Shown here: one piece after another, positions 22,601 through 31,409 of the stretch | How the letters are laid out: every line of letters begins with the position of its first letter | Numbering within the stretch: position 1 is the stretch's first letter | Origin: Limnochordia bacterium | Lineage (GTDB): Bacteria > Bacillota > Limnochordia > DTU080 | Direction of reading: 5' to 3' | NCBI GenBank assembly: GCA_050951545.1 | Contig: JBMNJG010000005.1 | Span: forward strand, 96,001-160,000 | Length of the DNA: 64,000 bases | Notes under the pieces: model-generated | What the model saw: only the letters and a program-made list of their open reading frames with translations | The model's database searches: none | What the model was told of the DNA's origin: nothing | Program-made: the position numbers and the translations under genes

Positions 22601-24284
22601 GTTCCTCCTCAAGTTTTTGCAGCGTCGCTCGGCGCTGGTTCTGACGATCCAGCACTGCTTCAAGCTGGTCCACCAACGTGCGCACAGCAACGAGGCGCTG
22701 CTCGCCGCTGCGCGTGCGCAATTCCAGCTCATGCACGTGAGATTCTATCCCCTCGGGCAGTGAACTCAGCGCATCGTAGCTCGCCAATTCCTCTTCCAGT
22801 TCAGCCGCCTTTCGCAGAAGTGTCACCTGTGCCGTGCGGGTATCCTCCATACCTCGAGTGACAGCCTGAATCTCGGCTATCAACTCCTCCATGCGGCGCC
22901 CAGCATGATCCGGAAGTGCATCCATGATCTCCAGATCCACCAGCTGCCGCATGGCTGTGCGCGCTCTATCCTCGTAGCTGTGCAAATGCTCCGCCAAGAT
23001 CCTCCGCCGGCGCGACTGGGCCTGCAGTCTCTCCACGAGAGCCACAGCCTGCCGAGCAGACGCGTCCAGTTCAGCCATTGCGTGCAGCGTGCTATCGGGA
23101 AGCTCAGCCATGGGCGCGAAGGGTAGCAGATCCTCAGAGGCCCTCTGGACCTCTTCATCCGCTCTCCGCTTGGCCTGCTCCGCTTCATGGAGATGCTGCA
23201 CGGCCTCGGCGAGGCGGATGTTGACCGAGCGAGCCCGTTCCCCATAGCCCGTGTCGGCCGCCAGAGCTGGCACCAATCCCTGCGCGCCTGGAAGTGCCTG
23301 CAGTTGTTGATCGGTACGCCCCAACTGCTCCTCCAGTTGGCAGACCGCTGCTCCAAGTGCCTTCACGGCCCCCTCGCCCTCTTCTACACGTGTATGGAGC
23401 TGTCCAAGCTGGGCACGCAGCTCTATTGGTACTTGCGCATAGGGAGCAAGAAGCTCGAGCCTTTCCTCCAAGACCGCTATTTGATCCTCCATGGCGCAAA
23501 TCGTGGACTGTCTGTGTTGCAGGTTCGCAATATCAGAAGCCAAAAGTGCAACGAGCGCCTCCCGCTGGTTCTCTGCTGCTCGCTTCTGCCTATGCCCCAC
23601 ATCCTGCATCTGCAACTCGAGTTGACGCACAGCCGAGCGGTGAGTGAGAATCGTCTCCAGTGCCTGATGCGCCTGCTCTTCTCGCAGTTGCAGCTGATTC
23701 TGACGGGTTACTAGAGTACGACGAGCGCTCTCTAGGCTATCAACGGCGCGCCGAACTGAGGTGGCCTCATCAGCCGACTCCTGCAGGTTCGCAAGACGTG
23801 CGGCCAGTTCTTGGCGCCCTTTTTCGGAGCTTATGTCTGGCATGTTGCTAATGCAGACTGTACTGGAGAAGACGAGTTCGTTCATACCAGTGAAAGCCTC
23901 GGCATATAGCCGCTCCCGGCGGACATCCAACTCAAAGAGCGTAGAGACATCACGACCTGTCACGGCATCAAAGATCTGCACGCGGTCTTGGTCCTTGGCA
24001 AAGGCACGCTCCACATAATACGTGCGGCCCTCTGAAGTGCTAAACTCAAGTGCGCCTATGTAGGGTTTGCCGCTCCAGGGGGCATAGCGCTCAAGATCGG
24101 CAGTCCATCTGCGCCGCCGCGCATCAGGCTCTTTAAACCCATAGAGCATTCCTCTCAGAAATCTCTGAATGGTGGTCTTGCCGCTTTCGTTGGGACCGTA
24201 GAAGACATTAAGTCCACTCTCTAGATCTATCTCATGACCGACGAATTTCCCAAACCCAACGAGATGAAGCCTGCGGATGATCAA
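19674..24284 (-). CDS. SMC/Rad50-like AAA ATPase (YhaN/SbcC-like), 1536 aa
   Basis: N-terminal GFGKF and Walker A GPNESGKTT. C-terminal SHGTGDQVYLAFRLA, LILDDAFAHYD and FFTC. Long coiled coil with a central hydrophobic hairpin. Confidence 0.9.
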   Translation of the reverse strand: MIIRRLHLVGFGKFVGHEIDLESGLNVFYGPNESGKTTIQRFLRGMLYGFKEPDARRRRWTADLERYAPWSGKPYIGALEFSTSEGRTYYVERAFAKDQDRVQIFDAVTGRDVSTLFELDVRRERLYAEAFTGMNELVFSSTVCISNMPDISSEKGRQELAARLANLQESADEATSVRRAVDSLESARRTLVTRQNQLQLREEQAHQALETILTHRSAVRQLELQMQDVGHRQKRAAENQREALVALLASDIANLQHRQSTICAMEDQIAVLEERLELLAPYAQVPIELRAQLGQLHTRVEEGEGAVKALGAAVCQLEEQLGRTDQQLQALPGAQGLVPALAADTGYGERARSVNIRLAEAVQHLHEAEQAKRRADEEVQRASEDLLPFAPMAELPDSTLHAMAELDASARQAVALVERLQAQSRRRRILAEHLHSYEDRARTAMRQLVDLEIMDALPDHAGRRMEELIAEIQAVTRGMEDTRTAQVTLLRKAAELEEELASYDALSSLPEGIESHVHELELRTRSGEQRLVAVRTLVDQLEAVLDRQNQRRATLQKLEEELEGTQHLALLTLSEVHAAEGWLGRWQAAEEELATAIEAVNAATAADAKSKTAMLPLQAVAAAGIESLTRAEGLVKQEADLRERARQSAAVAETLELPPVGRMRSALALMTPGFACMLLSFIAFRSVAMAGLGLAMILCGVPLLVKGALARRQVIQERDRHYGQRSEANAAAEKVSAEIRALLAEVRQPSVPAWRNSWARLEELQKQRATIQNQLTLATQRRASANGVIIQARQALSAISLPAAVGASDRLGLSKVIRGLGDAIVTRQEQLRDRLAVQRDLADEHARLSTLYDDTVDAIRLLFPDAEPPAEPNIAWVQEMLTTASSLVKGAGRELSSILEAAHVESPAELLHWWRRYQALMLQKEAVASQIREHENRLQAMLSRRRAHEDQVLRWLEMAGIHPGQRETEDELMDLPWTSENIEHFMERHRRYKELRRDVEMMPQELPALVRDAQQLLDEVRSSREATQEFETRLQAVPSLAEPVRQAAAALEKVASDSGLVYQVEGTGLPGLLWSADLDELLADLPTAGFMDRWGRAISAARQQALSLVEAIMEQAGTSDVAAFHWRWQEREHLRQQLGEKERVRAMCQEACERHLARALSLLVGEVEPVLKAAGLSLLGEGAQPADIRVWQETFDSALSRIDGVQEIYRHWIAQAAELQGQREAISERQDALEELVNQRDSLLMQAGVDSVSAFETLCENHLHWKQTVTDLDGKKRQLAAFLGEATLDEISAELQARQEDWSSLTGLPCEQVTPSEHGRIFWEDKLARAEGELTRLRELRAEMAGDMKSHANACEGEERVAAEWGIIRQDREQVQEAIRAVMLARQELDEASEEVHRQFAPVLNAKASEILHTLTHGRYERLAVSETLDIMLQDPEYARPVSLDAVSHGTGDQVYLAFRLAAAEAICGDRWAPPLILDDAFAHYDDHRVREALKTLLQVSQRVQVLFFTCRQRELEILPKLSKETGISWRVVELE

Positions 24285-25414
24285 GGTAGTCGCACCTCTC
24301 TTCCAGCCAGAGCGTCCAGCCCCATCTTCAGGGCTTGCCGTAGCAGCGGCTCTTCCTCGGGCGTCGCTTCTTCGAGACGGGATCGCAAGCGCTGCACAAA
24401 GACGGCCCTAGCGGAGTAACCCTGAGCTAGCGACTCAAGATCGTAGGCAACAACTGTCTCATCCCGCACAAAAAAGGCAAACTGGTCGCCGCCGAGTTCC
24501 TGCAGTCTGCTGTGATCAAGCTCAAGATCCGGCTGCCGTTCCCCGCATATGACGAGTCGCACGAGGTCAGTTTGGGGAACATCAGCTAACATGCGTTGTG
24601 CAGCTTCTGACACCCTCTCCATGGTGTCCATTGCACTTATATCCACGTAGAGGCGACGGTACTGCCGAGCCGCCGCAGGAACTAGATCAAGCCGGGCTCC
24701 CCCCTGCCCGAGCTCACCGACAAAATACCCGTGTGTCCCCTCTTCAGAGAAAGTAACTGGCTCCAGAGCACCGCTGTAGGCGGCCCGAACCCTCCCGTCG
24801 ACCTGCCAGAGGAGCTGAGGCGTGTGCAAATGTCCCAGGGCCACATAGTCGGCACCGACAGATTCAAGATCTGCTTGGCACACAGGGCAGTATGCGGATG
24901 TAGAGGCGCCACCAGCCACATAATCGGCGTGTAGCAACACCACGTGCAAGCCGACTGCTGCACCGTCACCTGCTACGTACTCCCGCAGCACCGGGATGGC
25001 CGACTCCGGCTCGCTAAAGCCACACCCATGCATCGTCAGATCGAGTTCATCCACCCGCACGCTTTCCCAATCGCCCAGGAAAAGATGAACATTGTCAGGC
25101 CATTGCAGGGTTCGATAGAACGAATCGGAGGCTGCGAAATCGTGGTTTCCAGCTGCTATGAAGACCTTGGTCCTCGTCAGATCGCCCAGGAAATCGCGCA
25201 CCTCCAGAACTGTTGACTTAGGGACAGTGTCGTGCTCAAACAAGTCACCTGCGACTAAGAGCAACGGGATCTGGGCTTCCTGCACGCGCTCCAGACATCG
25301 ACGTAGGGTCATGAGGGCATCCAATCGTCGTTGGGCCACTTGCTCGCTCGAAAGGCCACCAGCCTGCAGTCGACCCAGATGGACGTCCGCTAGGTGCACA
25401 AAAGGAATGGCCAC
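24281..25414 (-). CDS. DNA repair exonuclease, SbcD/YhaO/Mre11-like metallophosphoesterase
   Basis: HLADVHLG, AGDLFE, GNHD, YVALGHLH. 4-bp overlap with the ATPase start. Confidence 0.92.
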   Translation of the reverse strand: MAIPFVHLADVHLGRLQAGGLSSEQVAQRRLDALMTLRRCLERVQEAQIPLLLVAGDLFEHDTVPKSTVLEVRDFLGDLTRTKVFIAAGNHDFAASDSFYRTLQWPDNVHLFLGDWESVRVDELDLTMHGCGFSEPESAIPVLREYVAGDGAAVGLHVVLLHADYVAGGASTSAYCPVCQADLESVGADYVALGHLHTPQLLWQVDGRVRAAYSGALEPVTFSEEGTHGYFVGELGQGGARLDLVPAAARQYRRLYVDISAMDTMERVSEAAQRMLADVPQTDLVRLVICGERQPDLELDHSRLQELGGDQFAFFVRDETVVAYDLESLAQGYSARAVFVQRLRSRLEEATPEEEPLLRQALKMGLDALAGREVRLP

Positions 25415-25868
25415 ATCCACTCGCCCCTTCTGCTGTGGGAGTCTCTGCACAGAGAGTTCACACGGCCTCATACGCATCTTGGTGCTGCTGTGCTTTCTCA
25501 CTACGGGAAAGGTCTTGTTTCTCCTTCCCCGCCTCCGTCTGCACAATGCGACGTTGAGACGCAAAAATCGACTCCTATTTGTCTGTTACACACTGGAACC
25601 AGATTAAAAATGTGATATGATAACAACGAATAGACAGGTAGATGCCAGGCAGCTGTTGGCCTATCAGTATCGTCTATAGGAGAACCCATTTGCCCGCATC
25701 TTGAAAGCGCCCCGATCAATGGATTTACGTTCTATGTTGCTTATGCAGGGTAAATGTCGGTGAACGGACCAATGCATACAGCACATCGTTGGTTTTCGAG
25801 CAAGTTCGTTCTACCTTTCCCCCCATAACCTCTGATCGTCGTGACAGGTTCGCTGAGATAAAGAGAGG

Positions 25869-26531
25869 GTGAGTGCAACGATGACCATGGCTCGCAGAGC
25901 TGCTATCGAGAAGGAGACGCAAGGACGAAGGGCCCTTGAGCAACATCTGAGTGAAGAGACGACGCATGCTAATGATGATCTGCACCGCGAAATAGGGGAA
26001 CGGCTGACCGCCGGAATACTGGGGGTTTTTGATCTGTTAGCCAACCTTGGCCACCGTGACTGTTCCCAACTCGACGTCTCGATTGTGTCAGAAGCAATCC
26101 GACAAGTGATTAGCATGGAACTGCAGAATCTACGGGTAGAGCTTCACGATCTACGTGGTATGCTAGAAGAAGTGCGGGCTGGCATCAACCGCATTGACAG
26201 GTTTACCATGCAAAGGCTATACCGTTTTGATGAGGGCGAGGCTGATGTCGGACCCGAAGGCACGGTTCCCCGTGTGTCAGCTACACGCGCTCCAGCAGGC
26301 GGCCGTGCTTCCCGAGAAGTCGTTATCGATCGCGTGTTCAGTACTGCACAAAGACTAACTGACGACGGGCAAGACATCACAGAGATGACATCTACAGCCC
26401 TGGCCCATGCGGCTGGCGTAAAACCAACGCAGTTTACATACGCCTTCAAGACGCGGGCCAATTTCGAGGCACAGTTTGCGCGCTGGAGAGAGATGGCACA
26501 GACCAACGCTGATGCAGAAGCCGATGCCTGA
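25869..26531 (+). CDS. Hypothetical protein with coiled coil and C-terminal TetR-like HTH
   Basis: GAGAGG RBS. Heptad-like region (LQNLRVELHDLRGML). C-terminal TSTALAHAAGVKPTQFTYAFKTR. Confidence 0.65.
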   Translation: MSATMTMARRAAIEKETQGRRALEQHLSEETTHANDDLHREIGERLTAGILGVFDLLANLGHRDCSQLDVSIVSEAIRQVISMELQNLRVELHDLRGMLEEVRAGINRIDRFTMQRLYRFDEGEADVGPEGTVPRVSATRAPAGGRASREVVIDRVFSTAQRLTDDGQDITEMTSTALAHAAGVKPTQFTYAFKTRANFEAQFARWREMAQTNADAEADA

Positions 26532-26542
26532 CAATCGCACAA

Positions 26543-26668
26543 GCGCGATGGGGATGGGCCAGGTTGGGTAATGCTGACCAAGCAGAACAGCCTGGCCACG
26601 GCCCACTTCATAGGCCGCCCATCCATGCGCATCACCTCCTCCTCCGCAAAATCGAGGAGGGTTTTTTT
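26543..26668 (+). promoter_or_regulatory. Structured leader followed by an intrinsic terminator (candidate riboswitch)
   Basis: Nested complementary segments 26543-26630, then CCTCCTC/GAGGAGG stem + T7, just upstream of an ABC operon. Confidence 0.5.
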
Positions 26669-26724
26669 GTGCAGTGGAGGGTTTTGGTGCCGATGCTGGC
26701 GAAAGGGACAGGTGGTGATTAGGT

Positions 26725-27507
26725 GTGATCATCCAAGTTGGGGAGATTACCTTTGGCTACAACTCACATCCGGTGCTCACGGACGTCAACTTTGCCCTGC
26801 ATGCGGGGGAAATAGTCGGCATTGTGGGTCCAAACGGCTCAGGAAAGTCGACCTTGCTGGGGGTGATCAGCCGCGCTCTGCTACCAGCGAGCGGCAGTGT
26901 CTGGGTTTTCGGTACGCCCATACAACGCCTACCTCGCCGAGACCTGGCTCGCCTGATGTCTGTCGTGCGCCAGCAAGAAAATGTAGCCTTTGATTTCACG
27001 GTACGGGAAGTCGTAACCATGGGGCGCTCTCCCTACGTGGGACGCCTGGGAAGAGAGAGCCCAAGCGACCTCGAGGTCGTCAATGCCGCGATGCGAATCG
27101 CTGAAGTGGAGCATCTGGCTGCCCGACGAGTCTCCGAACTCAGTGGAGGTGAGTTCCAGCGCGTTATTCTGGCCAGAACACTCGCCCAGGACACACCCGT
27201 CATTTTGCTTGATGAACCGACTGGCAGTCTAGACCTGAAGTACCAGGTCCAGACATTAGGGCTGCTACAACAGCTAGCCAAAGAGGGGCGAAGCATCATC
27301 ATCACGATGCACGATCTCACTTTGGCTGCGCAATACTGTGATCGGCTGCTTCTGCTTCATGAGGGACGCATCCGAGCCGCGGGAACTCCTGCGCAGATTC
27401 TTACGCCGCCGCTGCTCGAAGAGGTGTACGAACTCGCCACCGTAGTGATCAAGCACCCGGTGACCGGACTGCCTGTTGTCTTACCAAGTCACGATGCCTT
27501 TTTGTAA
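26725..27507 (+). CDS. Corrinoid/iron-chelate ABC transporter ATP-binding protein (BtuD/FecE-like)
   Basis: GPNGSGKST, MGRSPY, LSGGEFQR, LLDEPT, MHDL. Confidence 0.92.
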   Translation: MIIQVGEITFGYNSHPVLTDVNFALHAGEIVGIVGPNGSGKSTLLGVISRALLPASGSVWVFGTPIQRLPRRDLARLMSVVRQQENVAFDFTVREVVTMGRSPYVGRLGRESPSDLEVVNAAMRIAEVEHLAARRVSELSGGEFQRVILARTLAQDTPVILLDEPTGSLDLKYQVQTLGLLQQLAKEGRSIIITMHDLTLAAQYCDRLLLLHEGRIRAAGTPAQILTPPLLEEVYELATVVIKHPVTGLPVVLPSHDAFL

Positions 27508-27525
27508 CCTATGGGAGGTCTTCAT

Positions 27526-28419
27526 ATGTCCGTAAATAAACGCTACACCACCTTTTCGCTGCTACTCCTGCTTCTTCTTAGCACCTGCTACGCCAACGCA
27601 GCTTTTCCTCTGACCATCCTCGATGACCTGGGGCAGACGCTTACCATCAGTACTGCACCGCAGCGCATCATCTCCTTGGCTCCCAGCAACACCGAAATCC
27701 TTTTTGCTCTCGGGCTCGACAATAGGATCGTGGCCGTCGACACTGACAGCAACTACCCGCCAGCCGTCCAGGGAAAAACCCGGGTGGGCTCTGGCCTCTC
27801 TCCATCGCTGGAGAGTATCGTGGCCCTAAGGCCGGATCTTGTTCTACTCTGGGACAACTCCGCCAAAGAACTGCAACAAAAGTTGCTGCAGCTGAACATC
27901 AAGGCGGTCGCCTTCGCCCCGCAGAGACTGACAGAGATCTATGGCTGCATCGAGCGAATAGGACGCATTACAGGGACCGAAGAGACCGCCCAGACAGTGG
28001 TCGCCGGGATGCGTCAGAAGGTAGCCACTGTTACCGCCGCGGTAGCCAAGAATCCGGGCAAGCCGTTGGTCTTTTACGAAGTCTGGCCTGACCCTCTTTT
28101 CACTGCTGGTCCGGGCAGCTTTATCGATGAGCTGATCAACTTAGCAGGCGGCACAAACATTGCCGCAGACACTAAGACTGCGTGGCCTGTCTTGAGTATG
28201 GAGACGGTCATCGTGAAAAACCCTGACGTGATTCTGACACCTTTTGCTAGGGCAGAATCGGTGGTCTCAGGAAAAAACAAAGCTTCATGGGCGAACATCA
28301 AGGCTGTGCGTCAGAACCGTGTCTACCAGATTGACCAAGACATCATGAGCAGACCTGGGCCGCGACTCGCAGACGGATTGGTGACCATCGCGAAGCTTCT
28401 GCACCCTGGGTTGCTGTAG
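27526..28419 (+). CDS. Corrinoid/iron-chelate ABC substrate-binding protein (BtuF-like)
   Basis: PQRIISLAPSNTEILFALG, ESIVALRPDLV, AGGTNI, SRPGPRL. Confidence 0.9.
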   Translation: MSVNKRYTTFSLLLLLLLSTCYANAAFPLTILDDLGQTLTISTAPQRIISLAPSNTEILFALGLDNRIVAVDTDSNYPPAVQGKTRVGSGLSPSLESIVALRPDLVLLWDNSAKELQQKLLQLNIKAVAFAPQRLTEIYGCIERIGRITGTEETAQTVVAGMRQKVATVTAAVAKNPGKPLVFYEVWPDPLFTAGPGSFIDELINLAGGTNIAADTKTAWPVLSMETVIVKNPDVILTPFARAESVVSGKNKASWANIKAVRQNRVYQIDQDIMSRPGPRLADGLVTIAKLLHPGLL

Positions 28420-28457
28420 AGCAAATGACGAAGCTGCAACGGGAAGGCCAGGTGCAT

Positions 28458-29495
28458 ATGCTCACGCACAGCACACGAAGGAGAAAACCTCTTACGCTCA
28501 TCGCCGCTTTGGGAGCCTGGCTGGTAGTGGTCCTAATGTCAACCACATTGGGTGCCGTACGCATTCCGCCCACGGCGATCGCTGCTATCATCGCCAACCA
28601 ACTGGGCCTGAGCTTACCAGTCACTTGGCCGGCGGAGTATGAAACCGTGGTGCTGTATCTGCGGTTGCCTCGCGTCATCCTAAGCAGCTTGGTAGGCGCG
28701 GCGCTGGCCTTAGCCGGTGTCACCTTTCAGGGCCTGTTGCGAAACCCCCTTGCCGACCCCTACATCCTTGGTGTCTCCTCTGGGGCTTCTTTGGGAGCGG
28801 TGCTGGCCATCTCGCTCGGCGTCGGCGGAAGCCTCCTAGGGTTCAACGGCGTAGCTCTAGCGGCTTTCGTCGGGGCCCTGACGGCCATGACGTTGGTCCT
28901 GCTGCTAGGTCGGAAAGGCCAAAGAATGCCGGTCCCCACTTTGCTGCTGGCCGGCGTAGCGGTGAGTTCTTTTCTCTCATCATTAGTTTCTTTGGTCATT
29001 CTGTTCAGTGAGAAGCATCTGGGATCTTTTTTATTCTGGCTTATGGGGGGGTTAGGCAGTGCCGATTGGAGGACCGTCGCAGCCATGCTACCCTACCTAG
29101 TTGTCGCTAGCGCGACTCTAGGATGGCACGCCCGTTCACTCAATGCTCTGGCTTTTGGCGAAGAGAGCGCTGGTCATCTGGGAGTCGATGTGGAACGCGT
29201 CAAGGTGACGCTGGTCTTGGCAGCCTCACTGATCACAGCCTCTGCAGTAGCCAGCAGCGGAGTCATTGGCTTTGTCGGGCTGATCACGCCACACATCGTT
29301 CGCCTCGTTAAAGGGCCTGATCATCGCGGGCTGGTGCCGCTGGTCATGGTGGTAGGCGCCACGTTCCTCGTCATAGCTGACACACTGGCGCGGACGGTAT
29401 TGGCTCCACAGGAGTTGCCTGTAGGTGCTATCACCGCTTTGTGCGGGGCACCTTTTTTTGTGCATCTTCTTCGTCACTATGGCGAACGTCGCTAA
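28458..29495 (+). CDS. FecCD/BtuC family permease
   Basis: LRLPRV, QGLLRNPLADPYILGVSSGA, GEESAGHLGV, IGFVGLITPH. Confidence 0.94.
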   Translation: MLTHSTRRRKPLTLIAALGAWLVVVLMSTTLGAVRIPPTAIAAIIANQLGLSLPVTWPAEYETVVLYLRLPRVILSSLVGAALALAGVTFQGLLRNPLADPYILGVSSGASLGAVLAISLGVGGSLLGFNGVALAAFVGALTAMTLVLLLGRKGQRMPVPTLLLAGVAVSSFLSSLVSLVILFSEKHLGSFLFWLMGGLGSADWRTVAAMLPYLVVASATLGWHARSLNALAFGEESAGHLGVDVERVKVTLVLAASLITASAVASSGVIGFVGLITPHIVRLVKGPDHRGLVPLVMVVGATFLVIADTLARTVLAPQELPVGAITALCGAPFFVHLLRHYGERR

Positions 29496-30192
29496 GGGCG
29501 GGCCCCATCTTTCTCAAGCTAAGTCGGGAGCGCAAGGCCCAAATGCGGGCGGCACGACGCACAAAGCCGGGGCTTCGTTGGTAGTGATCGAGGGCCTCTA
29601 AAAACACTTGCCGAGCTTCAGCGCTCTTCCCGGCCTGTAATAGCACAGAACCCATTCGGTAGCAGACTTCAGCATCGCCGTAGCGGATGACACCCGTCAC
29701 CCACGCCTCTACCTGCTCATCCGTTGCGGTCTGCCCCAACTCCAGCATGTCTAATGTCACCTGAGCCAAGTACACATAAGGCATCCCATGGGCTACCTCC
29801 GGTCGCAATCCGATAGCCTTTCGCAGGATCGGGACAGCCTCGGCGAACTGCCCTGTTTCTGCATACGCCGCACCTAGGTAATAGAGGGCATGTGCATGAT
29901 CGTCCATCTTGCTCGCAGCCTGCTCCAGACAGGGGAGTGCCTCTTTGGGCCTTCCCGCAGAAAGCAGCATCGCCCCCAGTTCCATCAGCGACTTCGCATC
30001 CGCTGGATTCAGGGTGACGGAGCTTCGCAGCTGCCTGATATGTGCCGCTCGACGCCATGACCGCGTGACATCAGGCAGCAACCCTGAAAAGCGTCGGTTC
30101 ACCACGAGGTAGATGATCACCACGATGACAAGGGCCGCAAGCGGATGGCCCAGAAGTCTAGCTAGCAACAAAAACGAGAGTAGATTACCCAC
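29431..30192 (-). CDS. Tetratricopeptide repeat membrane protein
   Basis: N-terminal TM segments followed by TPR-like helices (ALYYLGAAYAETGQFAEA, VCYRMGSVLLQAGKSAEA). Confidence 0.8.
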   Translation of the reverse strand: MGNLLSFLLLARLLGHPLAALVIVVIIYLVVNRRFSGLLPDVTRSWRRAAHIRQLRSSVTLNPADAKSLMELGAMLLSAGRPKEALPCLEQAASKMDDHAHALYYLGAAYAETGQFAEAVPILRKAIGLRPEVAHGMPYVYLAQVTLDMLELGQTATDEQVEAWVTGVIRYGDAEVCYRMGSVLLQAGKSAEARQVFLEALDHYQRSPGFVRRAARIWALRSRLSLRKMGPALSDVRHSDEEDAQKKVPRTKR

Positions 30193-30334
30193 CCCGGCAG
30201 CCTCTTCCCCTTTGCATTTCCCAAGTCGCCTGCTACTGCACCCATATGCGGGTCACGAGCCCTTATCCATAAGTCACAAAAAGGCCCCGTAGTGCATGCA
30301 ATATCACAGCTAGGCAAGGACTGGGGGTCTCACC

Positions 30335-30658
30335 ATGAGAAAACTCCCTGCACGAAATGACCAGTGCCAGTGGTGCGCTGAGATGACCTCACGCCGTCAC
30401 CTGTGCCAGCGCTGCTGGGATAGCGAACGCCAGATATGTTACGCTCGCATGTTCCTAGCATGTCACCAATTGGCTCGCCGCCCACGCTCTGCTTCTGGAG
30501 GTCTCCGCTATCGCCGTCTGATGCTTATCATCGCTATACTTCGTCATCACCCCATGCTAGGACCAAAGCTCGTTTCAGCTCTTTTCCGCAGACGCAAACA
30601 AAGACTTAGCATAGGCCACGTCCTCACTGACGAGCCGATCTACAGCATCGCCCGTTAA
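30335..30658 (+). CDS. Possible small Cys-rich (zinc-ribbon) protein
   Basis: ATG preceded by GGGGGT, CQWC-x9-CQRC motif. Its 3' end overlaps the convergent gene by 84 bp. Confidence 0.35.
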   Translation: MRKLPARNDQCQWCAEMTSRRHLCQRCWDSERQICYARMFLACHQLARRPRSASGGLRYRRLMLIIAILRHHPMLGPKLVSALFRRRKQRLSIGHVLTDEPIYSIAR

Positions 30659-31393
30659 GTCGCCTCCTGTGCTCGGGTCACTATACTCTGCTGTCAAGCA
30701 GACGGGGCCCGTAAAGCCGCGCTCTCGTAGCAGGCGGGCTGTCTTACGCCATGATACGTAGCCATGACGACCGCTTGTCCAGTAGATACGCCATTCAGCT
30801 TCCTCAGCTTCAGGCCCATTGATACGCATGCGAAAAGCGCTCTTAAGATTGACCATGCACAGATGGGACCAGACGATATCCATTGCCATGTCCTCTGGCT
30901 CACCTGACAGCCCGCAATGGGCCACATCCAGTACAGCCGCTATCTGTGCCGGATCAAACGCCTCTATGAGGTGCATGACTCCGATCGCGCTGCCGACAAA
31001 CTTGTTGCAATGGTTCTGCACACCAATCGTCACATTGTGCCGTTTCAGAACGGGCAACAACTCCATGTAACGCTCCTGTATGCTACGCACAGACGCCATG
31101 TAGCCGAGTCCCAGGTCTACACGCTCGCAGACGCGGATGATAGGCACCCCGGCCGCCCCGCAAGCAGCGATCGTCTCCTCATCGGCGGAGGCCGCAACGC
31201 TGTATATCCGCTGGCCATAGCGCTCGAGCTCCCTAGCAGCACGAGGCAGCTCATCCATCATGTTCTCCGGTGAGACTGGGTAGCCCGGCCTCACCGGAAG
31301 CTCCAATCCATCTACACCGAACGCGGCCAGCTTCTCACCAATCTCAGCGATACTACATTTCCACGGCTTCGTAAAGATTGTGATCGGGTTCAT
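30575..31393 (-). CDS. Sugar phosphate isomerase/epimerase (AP_endonuc_2 TIM barrel)
   Basis: GVDGLELPVRPG, VQNH, LDVAH, VNLK, GFTGPVCLTAEY. GGGAGG RBS. Confidence 0.82.
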   Translation of the reverse strand: MNPITIFTKPWKCSIAEIGEKLAAFGVDGLELPVRPGYPVSPENMMDELPRAARELERYGQRIYSVAASADEETIAACGAAGVPIIRVCERVDLGLGYMASVRSIQERYMELLPVLKRHNVTIGVQNHCNKFVGSAIGVMHLIEAFDPAQIAAVLDVAHCGLSGEPEDMAMDIVWSHLCMVNLKSAFRMRINGPEAEEAEWRIYWTSGRHGYVSWRKTARLLRERGFTGPVCLTAEYSDPSTGGDLTGDAVDRLVSEDVAYAKSLFASAEKS

Positions 31394-31409
31394 CAGTATG
31401 GGCCTCCCT

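Noticed and set aside
25797-25812. LexA box between the SbcD-like gene and the hypothetical gene
   Set aside because: GAGCAAGTTCGTTC does not give GAAC-N4-GTTC spacing with acceptable mismatches.
26543-26668. Canonical cobalamin riboswitch
   Set aside because: Conserved B12-box elements are not visible. The region is kept as an unassigned leader.
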